Shown here: positions 13,230-27,334 of the stretch, piece by piece
Layout of the letters: the number at the start of each line of letters is the position of its first letter
Position numbering within the stretch: the stretch's first letter is position 1
Source of the DNA: Chrysomallon squamiferum
Lineage: Eukaryota; Animalia; Mollusca
Direction of reading: 5' to 3'
DNA: 64,000 nucleotides
Assembly: GCA_012295275.1 (NCBI GenBank)
Contig: CM022676.1
Span: 13,516,001-13,580,000, forward strand
Made by a program: the position numbers and the translations under genes
The notes under the pieces: model-generated
What the model saw: the letters and a program-made list of their open reading frames with translations, nothing else
Databases searched by the model: none
Told to the model about the DNA's origin: nothing

Positions 13230-14357
13230 ATAAAACTTTCAAATAGCAAACTAAGGAAGTATGCTAATGAGAAAACTTTTGATGACTTTTGCGAAAGTAT
13301 AAAAAGTATAAACATTTGTAGCACATAAAGACTTAAAAACTTTTAATTTAAATAATAGAGTGAAAAGTAAAAACAAAATAAACCTTTTTATTTAAATATT
13401 AATTAAAGCAAACGTACGTAGGTGAAAGGTGTGGGTGAAAATGTCCTGACAACTTCGTATCTTGTACGAATGTTCATTTGAAAACTCGCAAGTTATAATA
13501 CTCGAAGATGTCAGGCCGAAGAAAATTTGCTAAACCTAATGAGTGTAATTTCTGAATAATTTCATCTTTCTAATACTAATCATTCTATCTTAGATTACTG
13601 AGGACAGTTAAAATAACTTATATTTTTATTATGTCTCATTAATGGATACACTTTTGAAACTCCGGTAACAAAACAAACACATAAACACATAAGAACGTTT
13701 GAAATATCTAGAGTCAACATCATGTTCTTTACGAAAAGTACAAGAGCAGGGGTACTAATCATTTATAGTTAAGGTGCCAGTCATGGCATTAATCCAAGAA
13801 GATTAAATTTACAGAATATAGGTTGGTTTATTTATTTATTTATCATTATCATCATCATCATCATTATCATTATCATTATTATTATTTTGTATTGTGACTT
13901 TACCTTTAACTAATGCAAATTCGTAAATTGTATGGGGATTTTCATTTGTTTCTTCAATGTAGATTAATTTATTTGTAAAATGATGTGTCTACTATAAGGA
14001 CTTGTAAGAATATATTTTCATATACAATGAATTTAGAACTGATTTATATTTTTTCATATTGATCTGAAGTAACGGCAAGTAATCTACTGCAGTTTCTATA
14101 CACAAGTTGAAGCAATACCATTTTAGCTAGACGATTCTTACTTAAAAACTAACACGAGGATGTTAAATTATTGATATATTTTTCTTCTTGTTTTTGTATA
14201 TTTGTTGTTGTTTTTTGTCCTTTACTGTGTTGTTGTCTGTTTTGTTTTTGTTTCGTTTTTTGTGTTTTTTTTAACTCAGTAGATCTAGTTCAGTTGAACG
14301 ACAGTATTACTACATTTTCTAGAAAGAAAGAAAAGATAACGAAAACAAATACTTTAC

Positions 14358-14409
14358 CTAAAATACTTTTCACAGACATGGAGGAGATCACCAATATCTG
14401 GAATAACAT
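14358..14409 (-). CDS. Candidate signal-peptide exon of a second type (MLFQILVISSMSVKSIL-G)
   Basis: 52 nt from ATG to a phase-1 gtaaag donor; hydrophobic; an acceptor-like ttctacag sits just upstream of the ATG. Confidence 0.55.
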
Positions 14410-15577
14410 TACTGTAGAAACGATCCAAACTGACATTTTCTGAATCTGACCTAGTTTCTAACTGCCTTGCTTTGCTCTATGTTAAGTTCTGCAGTGTGTG
14501 TCAGTGTGTTGTAACATTACACCATCTCAAACTGCCACTGTACATTTCATTAGGACTATAGAACACTGCATTTCACAACATCGTAATAAAAAATAAAATC
14601 TTATCTTCGTCGTCTTCCAGCAGAATTTGATATTGAATAGTCGCCGCTATTATTATTGTTATTATTATTATTGTTGTTGTTGTTGTTGTTCTTGCTGTTG
14701 TTGTTGTTACTGTTGTTGCTGCTGTTGTTGTTTCTTATAAAAAGATTATTCATGAGAGATATTACCAATAGGAGCACTACTTAATGATACAAGACAAACT
14801 GTCTCATCTTCATAAGAATAAAAACAATAAAAATCATTTTGTCAAATAAAGATTTTTTTCTAAATGATGATTTGCAAAAGAACTTCGCTGTGGCCACTAT
14901 TCAGGCTATTTCTATAGATTAGCAGGAAGAAATATTTTGATATGATTATCTGCAGAGTGAGAACGCTGCATATAACTTATTAAGCGAGAATAACGTTTAC
15001 CACTCTCGTAGCAAATTCGGGAAAGGTTCCAGATTCGTAACAATAAAACAATGCTCTGTTGATAGCGCTGTGGTGTGAAAGTAGAAAGCGGCGTACTGAC
15101 TAAAGTGTTGAACGGAGGTATCATAGACAACAAGGTAAATTCTTCTCACTGCGCTCACTGTATCAATTCTCGTAGCATGAGTGTCTGACTGGTTTATGAA
15201 AGGCAATGGAGGAGGGTACAAATATGAAAGTTTTTCTGCTGGGAATTGAAAATAAGTACTTCTTTAGATTACTGTTTGAATTTTCTACTAATATTACATT
15301 TTGGTCTTAATTATATATTTGATGTCATATGACATGAATCATAGAATAAATCATATTTTTCTTAACAAAAAGCAATATCTGTACCACTGAATTTAAAAAT
15401 GTATTATTCCATACTTATAAGTGTTTCCAATCTTGTGTCTGATCTGTCTAAGCATCTGGTGTTTTAATGAAATCCTGGATTTTGATTCTGTCTTAATGTT
15501 CTAACAAATAGATAAATAAATAACTACTACTACTACTAGTACTACTACTACTACTACTACTACATCTACTACTACAT

Positions 15578-15610
<33 letters not shown>

Positions 15611-17363
15611 TTACTGTAATAATACATGATCTGAACTTTTTGGAATCCATTTTATTTTAGCATTTATTTTATGTTTTGAAGTAGTTTCTATTATACATAC
15701 ATTTTTTTGTTTTGGTTTTACAAACATTTATTTTAAGCAGATCACTTCTAGACAAGAATTCCTGGTGTTGATAATGTTATTTGGTCTGTAATGAGAGTTT
15801 ATGATATATATATATATTTTTTTTTTTTGTTTTGCATAATCCCACAGATCTTTCAAAAATAAAATTCCTTTATTTGCCTATGTGTTATGGTATGTCAATT
15901 TTAACATGAGAATTACACCAAATCAGTAGACTTAGTATTTTTGTCCTGTCCCATGCAGCTTCACATTTCTCTAGAAAGTAAGTAATACATTTTTCGAAGG
16001 GGGATTGTTGCATATCAGCGATTTGCTTTTCTGTAGGCTGACTAATATTGATGAAGCTCTTGACTGTAAACAATTATTCAAAAGAGATGCAGTGTCTTGG
16101 TTCATATACATACTTTTAATTCTGAATTTGTTTTCCAGACATATCATCGTTTTTTTTATTCTAAATCAACAGAAAGAAATAGGTTTCTAATTTTTAACTG
16201 AATGAATCTGTTCGGTTTGGCTGTGAAGAAAGAACATAAACAAATGTCATAAAACTAAACTTTTGAATACAGTAATTTTTCCTACTGGTGACAGAGATCG
16301 TTTGGATGAGTGTTCAAGCAGCTTTTTGATCTCATTCAACTTTGCATTACAGTTTAATTATTGAATTTGATACAGATCCCTGAAAAGCCGTACCCCAAGT
16401 GTTGTAAATTTTGTAGTCCATTTTAATTTGTGTTTTTAACACATTTTTCTATGATCATTTGGGCCTTTGCCTAATTTTATATGACAACGAAATTTTGACT
16501 TCGTTGCCGTTTATCTGAGACCCGCATATCTTTGTTATTTCTTGCCACGATTCCAAGAATCTTAAAGCAAGTCTAAAAATATAGGGTGAAAACGGATCTT
16601 CTATTCCTCTGCTAAGTTTGGAGCGTTCAGTGATCTTACTATTTAGGTATAAACACGATTCGAATTTATTATAAAAATGTCGATTTTCATCTTATAATGG
16701 AGGCCCCAAACTTAAAGAAGCATTTTGTTATTTGTTTTATTTTTATTATGTTTTATTGATTTTTTTTTCTTTTAATTTTAATTAATTAATTAATTTATTT
16801 TATTTATTTATTTATTTATTTTTTAAATAAAATTCCATGCAATTGTATCAACACATTTTTTTCTTCAAAATCTACAATTAATAACATCGGATGCTTATTT
16901 TGTGTGTCTGTATAATGGATTATAATTCAAACTGTACTCATTCTAGTATCTCTCGTGACTGCTAGTGTCTTGTTTGTTTATCAAAGACGTGGTATATGGT
17001 ATGTGTACATTTAAGCGATTAAATCTGCCTCCACCTTTGTTAAAAATCATCAAACAGACTGAAGAAAGGTCGTACATTTTCAGCACATGGTAATATCTAA
17101 CATGTAGCGATGAAACATAATAAAAAAATAATAACAATTTTAGAAATATGAAGTTGCGTCTTCGTAGAACGAGTCATTCACTTCTCACAAAGACGTCGTG
17201 CAGTTTATGTAACACACAGTGATAAAACTTCAAGTTAAAATTCAACACGAAACTAGCTGTAACAGGGTCACAGACTGAATAAGTTTTCAGTACATGGTTT
17301 ATATCTGTAATATCTAACGTGTGTGTTTTAATGTATGAATTAAATAGTAACAATAAAACTTAC

Positions 17364-17418
17364 CTAAACAATATCCAACAATCGACACAGAAACAAGTAA
17401 GTATCCCACTATCGCCAT
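17364..17418 (-). CDS. Signal-peptide exon L2 (MAIVGYLLVSVSIVGYCL-G)
   Basis: 55 nt, phase-1 gtaagt donor. Confidence 0.65.
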
Positions 17419-17858
17419 TGTGAATGTTGTGACTAAACTTGTTTCTTCCGGGTACACGAGTTGTACTTGATCTAGGTTATGTTTGTGTCTCGTGTTTTCA
17501 ACTGCGCTCCTGTTGTCATAAATCTGTTTACTTTTGTCTCGGTTAAAGTACGAAAATGTCATTCTTTTCAAGACGCACGAAAATAAATAAATAAAATAAT
17601 CAACCAAAAACAAAAATTATAAAACTAGACAAACAAAATGAATTAATAAATAATAATAATAATAATAATAACAATAATAACAATAACCAGCTCTAACTAG
17701 GACACAGACTGAATAAACGTCTTATGTTTTAAGTAGATGGTTTTTATCTGTAATATCTAACATGTTTGTTCAATCTATCAATAAATAAATAAATAAAAAT
17801 TACCTGTGATGTAATATCTAACATGTTTTGTATCAATAAATAAATAAATAAAAATTAC

Positions 17859-17913
17859 CTGTGCTGTATCTAACAGTCATGAGAGAAACTAGTAAATATC
17901 TCAACAGCGCCAT
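17859..17913 (-). CDS. Signal-peptide exon L3 (MALLRYLLVSLMTVRYST-G)
   Basis: 55 nt, phase-1 gtaatt donor. Confidence 0.6.
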
Positions 17914-18874
17914 TGTGAATATTGTGACTAAACTTGTTCCTTGCGGGTACACGAGTTGTACTTTATCTAGGTTAAGTTACTGTGTCACGTTTCTATAGCG
18001 CTGTCATTCTATTAAAGCGTCTATATTTATTTCACTTTATTTATTACATTTCACACGATGTTTTTTAGTTATTTATCAGTAATCATATCTTGAAGATTTC
18101 GCTGTTTACAGAACATTTGTATTTTAAAAAAGAAAGGAGATATTTTATACAAGTCGCCTAACTCAACAAAGCGTGTACGACGCTTACTATATTATTGAGT
18201 GTAACAAAACATTTACAGCTGTTTACTTCTTTACGTTTTTATCTCACTCACTTGAGAATCGGTCAGTAACTGTGTATTTCGCATCTAATTAACATTATTT
18301 TCTAACAAAATATTAATCAACATTAAATGTTACAAGTTAATTGTAAATATAAAAACTCATGCATTAAATAAACTGATATGAAATAAACAGTGAATACAGA
18401 TATAAGAGAATTACAAAGCTTATCTTCTTAATTGTAAGTTTTGTTTTATTTCTTTTTATATCAAAAACCCACTTTCCAAACTAAAGCGGAATCATTTGTC
18501 GTTTAGCACACTATGTGAAGTAAAGTGAAATAGTAAATTAGTTGAATGAAATTAAAACAAGATAGCTTACAATGAACTTTTGTTTTATTACAGTAAATAT
18601 CAAATTGAAATATCTACCTGTTACACATCTTGTGTGAAAGTATCGGTTCTGTTATAATTTTCAGTAAATAAGTTAGAAACAGAAATTACACAAGTTCATG
18701 AAACGAGGATGACATTGTATGTTGTCTTGTAGACCAAAGTTCAGCATCATTTCCGTGCAGACAGAGAAACACAACAAAATGTTATTTAATATCATTACAC
18801 TGTCACTTTGTTACAACTTTCTTTGAATGTATCATTGTTATAAATGTATGACTGAATGTATCAATGTTATAAAT

Positions 18875-18960
<86 letters not shown>

Positions 18961-19017
18961 GTAGTTCCAGCGATGTACGAATAGTTTCATCCTTGAAATG
19001 TTTTGATGTTGAATCAA

Positions 19018-19043
19018 TTATACAGTATTTTCATATACATTTC
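19018..19043 (-). CDS. Gene B last coding exon (GNVYENTV*)
   Basis: Polypyrimidine tract + tag acceptor, phase 1, YEN motif, TAA stop. Confidence 0.75.
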
Positions 19044-19159
19044 CTAGGGGAAAAAAAGAGAGAAAAAAAGGATTGAGATAAAAAAAAATTAGAATAAATC
19101 TTAGAAAAACGAGAAACACTGAGGAAACCATCATTCCTAAAAATAATTTTTAAAATCTA

Positions 19160-19205
<46 letters not shown>

Positions 19206-22200
19206 TTCTCATTGAAAAAGAATAAGGAATGAAAACTTTTCACATTTTCTTTACAAACAGACATTTCATTTTACTATAATAAGAAGTTATTAGCAATTGA
19301 CGTCTTATTTGGATAAACTGTATCATCGTAAATAAAAATAAATAATTCTAAATGGGAATCTGGGAAAATGGAGGACACATAAATAATTTTACCTGACAGC
19401 CGTCTGTTGGCGGACACCTTCAACTTTTCATACGCAGGTGCATCACGTGATTGTAGACACTCGTACTCAGCAGCAGGTGTTTGAGAATGTTCTATAAATG
19501 TATTAGTATTTACATAAACTATTTGTACTCATTTTGAAACACAATTTTTGTTGAATTCAGCTATATTTTCTAGAAAAATATTTATTATGGTAAGTTTGAA
19601 AAAAAATATTAGGCGTTTATTTTAATTCATTTAATTCAATGCAAATTTTTTAATATAAAGCAAATGTAATGATGTTCTTTTAGTCTTGTTTGAAATTTAA
19701 CTTGAAATACAATGTATATTTGTTTCTCATTAGTTATTTTTGAAAACAGGTCCTAACTTTTTTCTCACGTAACATTTAATGAACATCTGTGTCTAACCGT
19801 CTGGTTTTCAGTTTGAACCGTTTTAAGTGTTAACAAGGCAGCTTCTTCGAATCGACAGTTTTGTAATAAAAGTGAAGTCAAAAGAACTCATTCGAAACAT
19901 TGAATATCTTATGTTACCTGAACGAACAGCTGTTTCCTGAACTGAATCCATAGACACATCTTGATATCTGTAAAACAGGACATGAACAAAATATACTAGT
20001 ATTGTATCAAGTATATTTGTTCTTAGTAGGATTTTAATAACGAGACAATCACATAATTTATGGAAGCATTTTTATTAGTGCAACGGTGTACATTTGCTAT
20101 TATCAGTTAATATATATTTCATCCATATATAATTTAAGAACAGCAGTTGCTTGGAACAGAAGTAGCTATATAATGCAGACATATACACTTAAACATATTG
20201 ATTTACATATCAGAAAACAGCTGCAGGTAAGTTAGTGAAGAGACATCTGAATATCATACATCATGATGAGCAGTAATCAGAAATATTTCAACACAGTACT
20301 CACGTGTGTATTTCATTTTCATTTTACCGTCTGAACCTGTAAAGGTTTATTATAAAATTCTATCGAACAAGCTAAATATGTACTGTTAGATTAAAATAAT
20401 TCAAATTTATTTAAACAAGCAAATGAAGAAACAAACAAATCATAAACAAAAAATGAAATAAATTTATATGTACACATACGTGTGTGTGCGTGCGTGTGTG
20501 TATATATATAACACTAGCTAAGACAAAAAATAAATATAAATAAATAAATAGATCAATAATAAAAACAAAAAAAGAAAGGATGATAGTGTTTTAATAAATA
20601 TTTAGTTAAAAGTAAAAAACAAAACAAAATAAAATATAATAAAATTGAAACATTCAAACGAACAAAACAATAACTAAAGAATGAGTTTATAATTTAGTTG
20701 ACCTCGGATTGTGTAACCTCTTCTCCTCAAGATGAGTAGAATGACTGTTTCGGCAACGCAGAGCAGAACTATTCCTACTACAAGACCAATTCCAATTCCA
20801 GTCCCTAGTGTTGCCAGGGACGAAGATCCTACTACAATAATTATAATAATACATTATAGAACTTAATTCAGTAATCTGTTTTATTTTATTTATTCTCTTA
20901 TATTTATTGATAATATTTCAAAGCAAGCAGTAAATCAATAAGTGAAATCAACCAAGTTTTAAAACGTCGAACTAAAGATTTAATTTAAAATGTAAATAAT
21001 TTTGACAATATAAGATTACGAAATTACCTGTATAAAAGTATTGTGAAAATACAATTTTAGTGAAATTAGAAATGCGCAATATTAAATTATATATGTTTTA
21101 CTTACTATACTGTGTTGTTGTGAAAGTGGTACAAACAGTCAAACAGTAACGGCTGTCAGTTTTATTTGCAGAAGAGTAAATTTTAAAGTGGTAGGAAGAA
21201 TTTGACTTGAGATGAGAAATGTGTAAAGAAAAAGTCTTGTCGTCTGTCTCATTGTCTGACACTAGTAGACTAATAGACTGGTCTTCAGTAGACAAGCGTT
21301 GTTCAACAGTGAATCTAGTGAACTTGTTTGTGTCGTACTTCCACTTGATGTCTACTGAAGTTTCTAACACATTTGTGCAGTAACACCATTCAGGAGCTGA
21401 TTCAAGAACTGAAACGTGAAAAAAGGATTTATGTTCTGTTTCAATTTCATCCGCAATATATTTAAATATTATAGCGTTGGGAATAATAGTGAGTGTTTGT
21501 GTGTGTGTTTATATACATCTATAGACACACCCGCACCCACATTTTAGTAAAGTCCTAATGTAAAAATTTACACTGGCTAATTCTGACAGATTTTGAAAAA
21601 ACAACAAAATAAGTTGAATTTGCTAACAAAGGTGGCATGAAAAAACATGTAAATAACGTTACCTGTAACCATGACACTGGCAGATCCTGACACTGAAGTG
21701 TTAAAAGAAGTTTTTGAAGTTGCTGAACACGTGTACTCTCCTTGGTCTGACTGTTGAAATGAGGAGATTTGAAACAGAGAACTGTCAGTGAGGTGTTTTG
21801 TACGAGTTCGCCATTCAAATACAACACTGTCTGGATTACTGTCAGCTGTACAGCGTAGTATCACAAGTTTTCCCAGTTCAACTCTGATATGACTCTCTGA
21901 TAAAATTCTCACTCTGGGTGCATCTACACAGATTGAAATACAAATATATGTAAAAAGAAGAAAAACAACAACATAATGCATGCAAAAAAGACAAGGAAAA
22001 ATACAATTAGTCTGAGAGGAAACAGAAAACGGTTCACATAGATTGCATTATTTCGCAGAAAACTACTGAGGAGAACTAAAATACAGTTAACGTTCATTGC
22101 TTATTCCTGTTTATTATTTATAAGGATGACATGAACATGTCAAAAGCAATATTCAAATATCTTCATAAATTATGTCAATATTATTTACTTATTTACTTAA

Positions 22201-24446
22201 TGTGAAAGTCATAATGAACAAATAAAACAAACAAACAAACAACAACAACAACAACATTTAAACAACCTACAATATACATTCGTATGAAGAGAATTAGATT
22301 CAGGTCTGTGTTGTCCACTTCTGTCTGTGAAGAGATTTCCAGCTGTACACTTGTACGAGACTCCATTGTCTTTCTTTGTGGGTGTCAGTGACAATTTAGA
22401 TCCTGTGTGTTGAATGTCTGTTCCATTTCTAATCCAGTAAAACTGAGCTGCTGGATTTCCTTTACCGCTGTCAGGTAAAGAACAAATCAAAGAGCCTCCT
22501 TCGTTTTCTAGCCATGGCGGCTCAGGATCTGATGTAAGTGTTGGTTTGCTTGGAGGATCTGTTTAAAAGACTCTCGTTTCAATTCAGGTAAGTGGGTACT
22601 TTATCTCTTCTTTTCACTTTTTTTCTCACACTTTCTCATATAAAGAAGGAGAGGAACATAATTAAATCTGGTTGTATCTGTAATTGCTCTGAAATTACTA
22701 TTATTGTTATTTAATTGGGAGAGGACTGTTGAAAGTAAGACATTCAAATGTGTTTGTTTCACAATATATAAAAAAGTATTTATTTTATTTCAATTATTCT
22801 CGTTTTAATTGTTGTGTATTAAATATTTTGTACTAGAAATAAGTATTAATATCGATACATACATACATACGTGGGTACGTACATATATATATATATATAT
22901 ATATACACATGCATAGAGAGATACAAACATATGTATGTGTTAACATCTATTTTATAAGATTTATTGTTTTAACTTATGAGTATTTTGAAGGTTATATTCA
23001 GGTTCAAATGGAAATATTAAGGTAGAAACATTAGTAAATACAAAACAAATATATTTCAAACTGCGAATACTTATTCAATTTCCAGTGGATGTTTTCATCC
23101 ATATTTCATGAAAAACTGAAACTGACATTTCGTAAACTATTTACATGGTACCAAAAATATCTGGTATATCAAATTTAGCATCCATAACAAAACCAGTATC
23201 TATCTATCTATCTCTCTATCTATCAATCTATCTATCTATCTATTTAAATGGGTAAGTTAATGGTTTGTTTGTTGTTTTCTTTTACAGATTAAAAATGTCT
23301 GACAGTTCTTGAAAATATGAAGAAAAAACTTAAAGATACGAATGATTGTTTTCACACGTAAATATTTCAAATTGTAATCGTTGAATTGCATGTATTTGTT
23401 TATGTTAATCCACAACAATAACCCACGACTGAACATTCTGAACTTAGCCAGTAATATATATTGATATGTGTATCAATTACAAACAATATAAAATTCACTT
23501 ACAATAAATAGTCAAGCTTCTGCTTTTTCCCCAGTTGTAGACGCCATACTTCCAACTAGAAACACACTCACACACTTTGTTATTCTGAGTCCTGTTAGCC
23601 ATGAAAGATATTGTACACGTTCTGGTTTCTTCTCTGTCAGAGCAGTGTACATGATTATAACATGTCCAGTTCAGATTTGGTTTTGGGTTTCCACCAGTTG
23701 TAGAACAGTTCAGTGTGACAGTGTCACCCTCAAACACAGGAAACGTTGTTCCTGAAACAACTGGAGATGAACTTGGTGGATCTGGAAATGAAAAGAGCAA
23801 ATCAGTAATTTATTACACTTTACGTTTGAAAAATATATTATAGTTTCGGCATAAACTCGTACGAGCAATATCACGTCTAATTTCTGTGATTTTTTTCATT
23901 CTGCTCTTGACATAACTGTAGACTGTTTTTATGAATGTTGGAAGGCGACTGTTTTGTTGAAAGCAGTAAGAGATTGGGAATATTTTCATTTGCACCAAAA
24001 ACACACATATTTATCTGATGCCATAAACAAGACAAATAATTTATTAATTGGTTAATTATTAATATAAAAGTATATTTTGTAAGAAAATTACCAAGAAAAC
24101 GTAAAAAAATAATAATTAAATTTATTACTTAATCACAAAAATATTGTTCTTCTCATTGCTGCTTATTTAATGAAGTTAATTAATATCTTCTGATTAGATC
24201 TCTCTTAAGCATATTTTAATTTATTCGTTTTATTTTTTTTCCACTTATGTATACTTTTCTTTTCTTCATGTAATTATGATTAGCATTCCCATCATAAGGT
24301 TTCTTATTCACGTTGTTCCATTTTTTTTTCTTATACTTAATATTACGTATGTTTATTCCTAGTCTATAATTTATAACTTTTGATATAACGTAATTTACAC
24401 TATCAAACAAGATTCAAGAATATTTAACTGTGACAAAAACAAAACA

Positions 24447-24520
<74 letters not shown>

Positions 24521-26338
24521 ATAATAATAATAATAATAATAAATGTGACAAAAGCACTGTTATGTATTACTAAAATTATTGAGTCTAATCTTGTAACAAT
24601 TAACTAAGCTTTGCATTTAAATTTAAAACAAGAAGAGATTAAAATCAATACTCCATTAAGTTCAGTCAATTAGAGGTAAATACTATTAAACATTCATGTT
24701 TTGCAATGAAACTTGAATAACTCAAAGTAAATTGTCAGTCCGAAGTTGTTTCTTTCAGACTGTTTTGTTTCGGTGTTGTTACTGTAATTTAATACTAGTG
24801 AAAACGAGACTCAAAATTAAATAGATATTTACAAAAAATATAGCTCACAATAAGCTGTCAGTGTCAACTGGTTACTTTTAGTCTCTTTTGTTTTAGACTG
24901 ATACTGATTTAAATGCTATCTATTAAATTTTAACGATGTCAATAATATCAAAGAAAAATCTGAGTAACTCACAGAAGACAGTCAGTGTTACAGTGTTACT
25001 TTCAGACTGTTTTGTTTCAGAGTTTGTCACTGTACACGTGTAAACATTTCCTGCTTCATTCCTGCTGATGTTTGACAGTCTCAGTTGAGAGTTTGATGTG
25101 AGTTCATCATTTCCCAGCTTCCACGAGTAGGAACAGCTTGGCTTACACACAGCAACACAGTCAGCACTGAGACTGTGTCCTTCTACCACTTCAACAGGTG
25201 ATGTTAAACTGAGTGTAACAGAGTCTGGACCATCTAAGTAATAAAATTAGAATAATATTTAATAAACATTATCTACAGTCTACGTATGGAAATGTAATTT
25301 TATTTGATGTTACACGGACACAAATTAATATCATTTTATTTAGTTTAATGTTTAAAATGATTAAAATTCCAATACTTGTTTAGTTAATATGATAATTACT
25401 TACAGTAAACAGGTAAAGTAAAATTGTTGCTCTTGTTTAAAGCTGTATTCAGTTGACACCACCAAAGTGCTTCATCATCAGCTGAAGTTCTGTTTATGGT
25501 CAGTGTGTAGTTCTTTACACTTGATGATCCAACGTCTATCCCTTCTCCACACACTGGAGTGTAGCCAGTAGCACGATTGAATAAAGAACAACTATCAACA
25601 GTCTGATAGAGAGAACCTAGCAGCTGTTTATGACCTCCAGGTTTTAGTTTATAAAATAGTATCAGATCACTAAGACCAGCAGCCTGTGACACAGAACAAG
25701 TAAATGTAAATTTCTCATTCAACACTGCATAAGACAAAGAACCAGATATCTTCAATGATACACCTGTACGGAAAAAAATTAAATAATAAATGAATACATT
25801 ATTCAAAAAAAAAAATGGAGATTTGAAAAAATTAAATAGTTTTTTAAATTATTTTTTATATTATTATTATTATTATTATATTCTGTCTTACCTAAAATGA
25901 TTCAAACCGCATGTTAATTATTTCAGATATTCAGTGTCTAACATTTTTCCAATGTATTCGGCCGTCAACCTGACATAATACGATATATTTTGCACGTATA
26001 CTACCATACAGTCCTCTAGAAGTTTGAATTATTTAGTGATTCACAGTAAAAATCTATGAAACTATTCACGATTTTAATTATCATTCATTACACACTGTAC
26101 TAACTGGTCACTACAGTGATAACTGTCAACTGAAACCAGATATTATAAAGATATATAATGTTCTGAATAAAGAACAGTGTAAGAGTACGTATATCAATTT
26201 GATTTTAATGTGTTATGTGCTATTGTACAGTCAGTAATTATAAAATTGGTTATCTAATAATTTCACTTGGTATACTGTTACGTACATTACTTTAGTTTGA
26301 ACAAGGAAATTTATTTTAATAGATAGATAGAAAAGAAA

Positions 26339-26369
<31 letters not shown>

Positions 26370-27276
26370 TATTACAAATGGTGTCCGGATTGCAATAGTG
26401 ATAAGAATAACTGTTATACACATTTTGCCGTAGATTTGTTTTCTTGCTCTTAATTATTCAATGATTTTTTGTTTCTCGAAGATAATTTTTAGAGTAACAA
26501 TTTGAAGTATTTCAGTAGATCATTTCCGACAACTCCATTATGTGAAATATAATCTAAGCGTGAGTCTTTTTTTTTTTTTTTTTTTTTTACTGTCGGGGAA
26601 TTTGTTTATGTCTTTCAGTCTTTTAATTAATTAACTGCATTCACGATAAATTAGATAAAACTGAATGAAGTACAGTCAGTGTAGTTACTTTTCATTTGTT
26701 ATAGAAAATTAGCTCTTTCTTTCTACAAAAATAATACTTCCTGTCTCTGTCACATGTTTCTAAAATATTTGTTTTGACTAAAAATATTCTCTAAATGGTA
26801 TTGCAAGTGATTAATTGTTAGTGTACGATTTAGCTTATATTAATTACCAATATAGGTAAATAATTATATATAAATATATAAACACAAGAAACATTCACCT
26901 TGAAGAACAAATGAAGAAATGAATAATTCAGATAGCTGTACAGTGTAATTCTGCAAATGCACTGATAACAATATTCAACATTAATATAAGGACGTATATC
27001 TGCTAATAACAGAGTATACATTTAAAACATTTACATCACATACAAGACTTTTCATACTCAGTGTATCAATGAGCTGTAACATTATAACACTATACTAGCT
27101 GTCACTATATATTTTACTATCACTGTAGAACACTGCACTTCACAACATCGAAATAAAACAAAATCTTAATCGCATCTCTTTCTGTTATTTATATATTTAT
27201 TACATAATTGTTATTATTATTATTATTATTAATATCATTATTATTATTATTATTATTATTGTTCTTCTTCTTCTTC

Positions 27277-27334
<58 letters not shown>

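Larger units (their letters stand above)
17150..18957. repeat. Segmental duplicate block, copy 1 (leader pair + flank + (TC)n)
   Basis: Collinear similarity to ~27390-29076, e.g. 'tcattcactt..cacaaagacgtcgtgcagttta', 'aagcggaatcat', 'gaggatgacat..tagaccaaagttcag', ending in (TC)n at 18877-18957. Boundaries approximate. Confidence 0.85.

Noticed and set aside
15885-16200. Possible LINE RT remnant
   Set aside because: Motif resemblance too weak to support
26376-26423. Candidate gene B leader MCITVILITIAIRTPF
   Set aside because: Its donor is phase 0, incompatible with the phase-1 Ig exon
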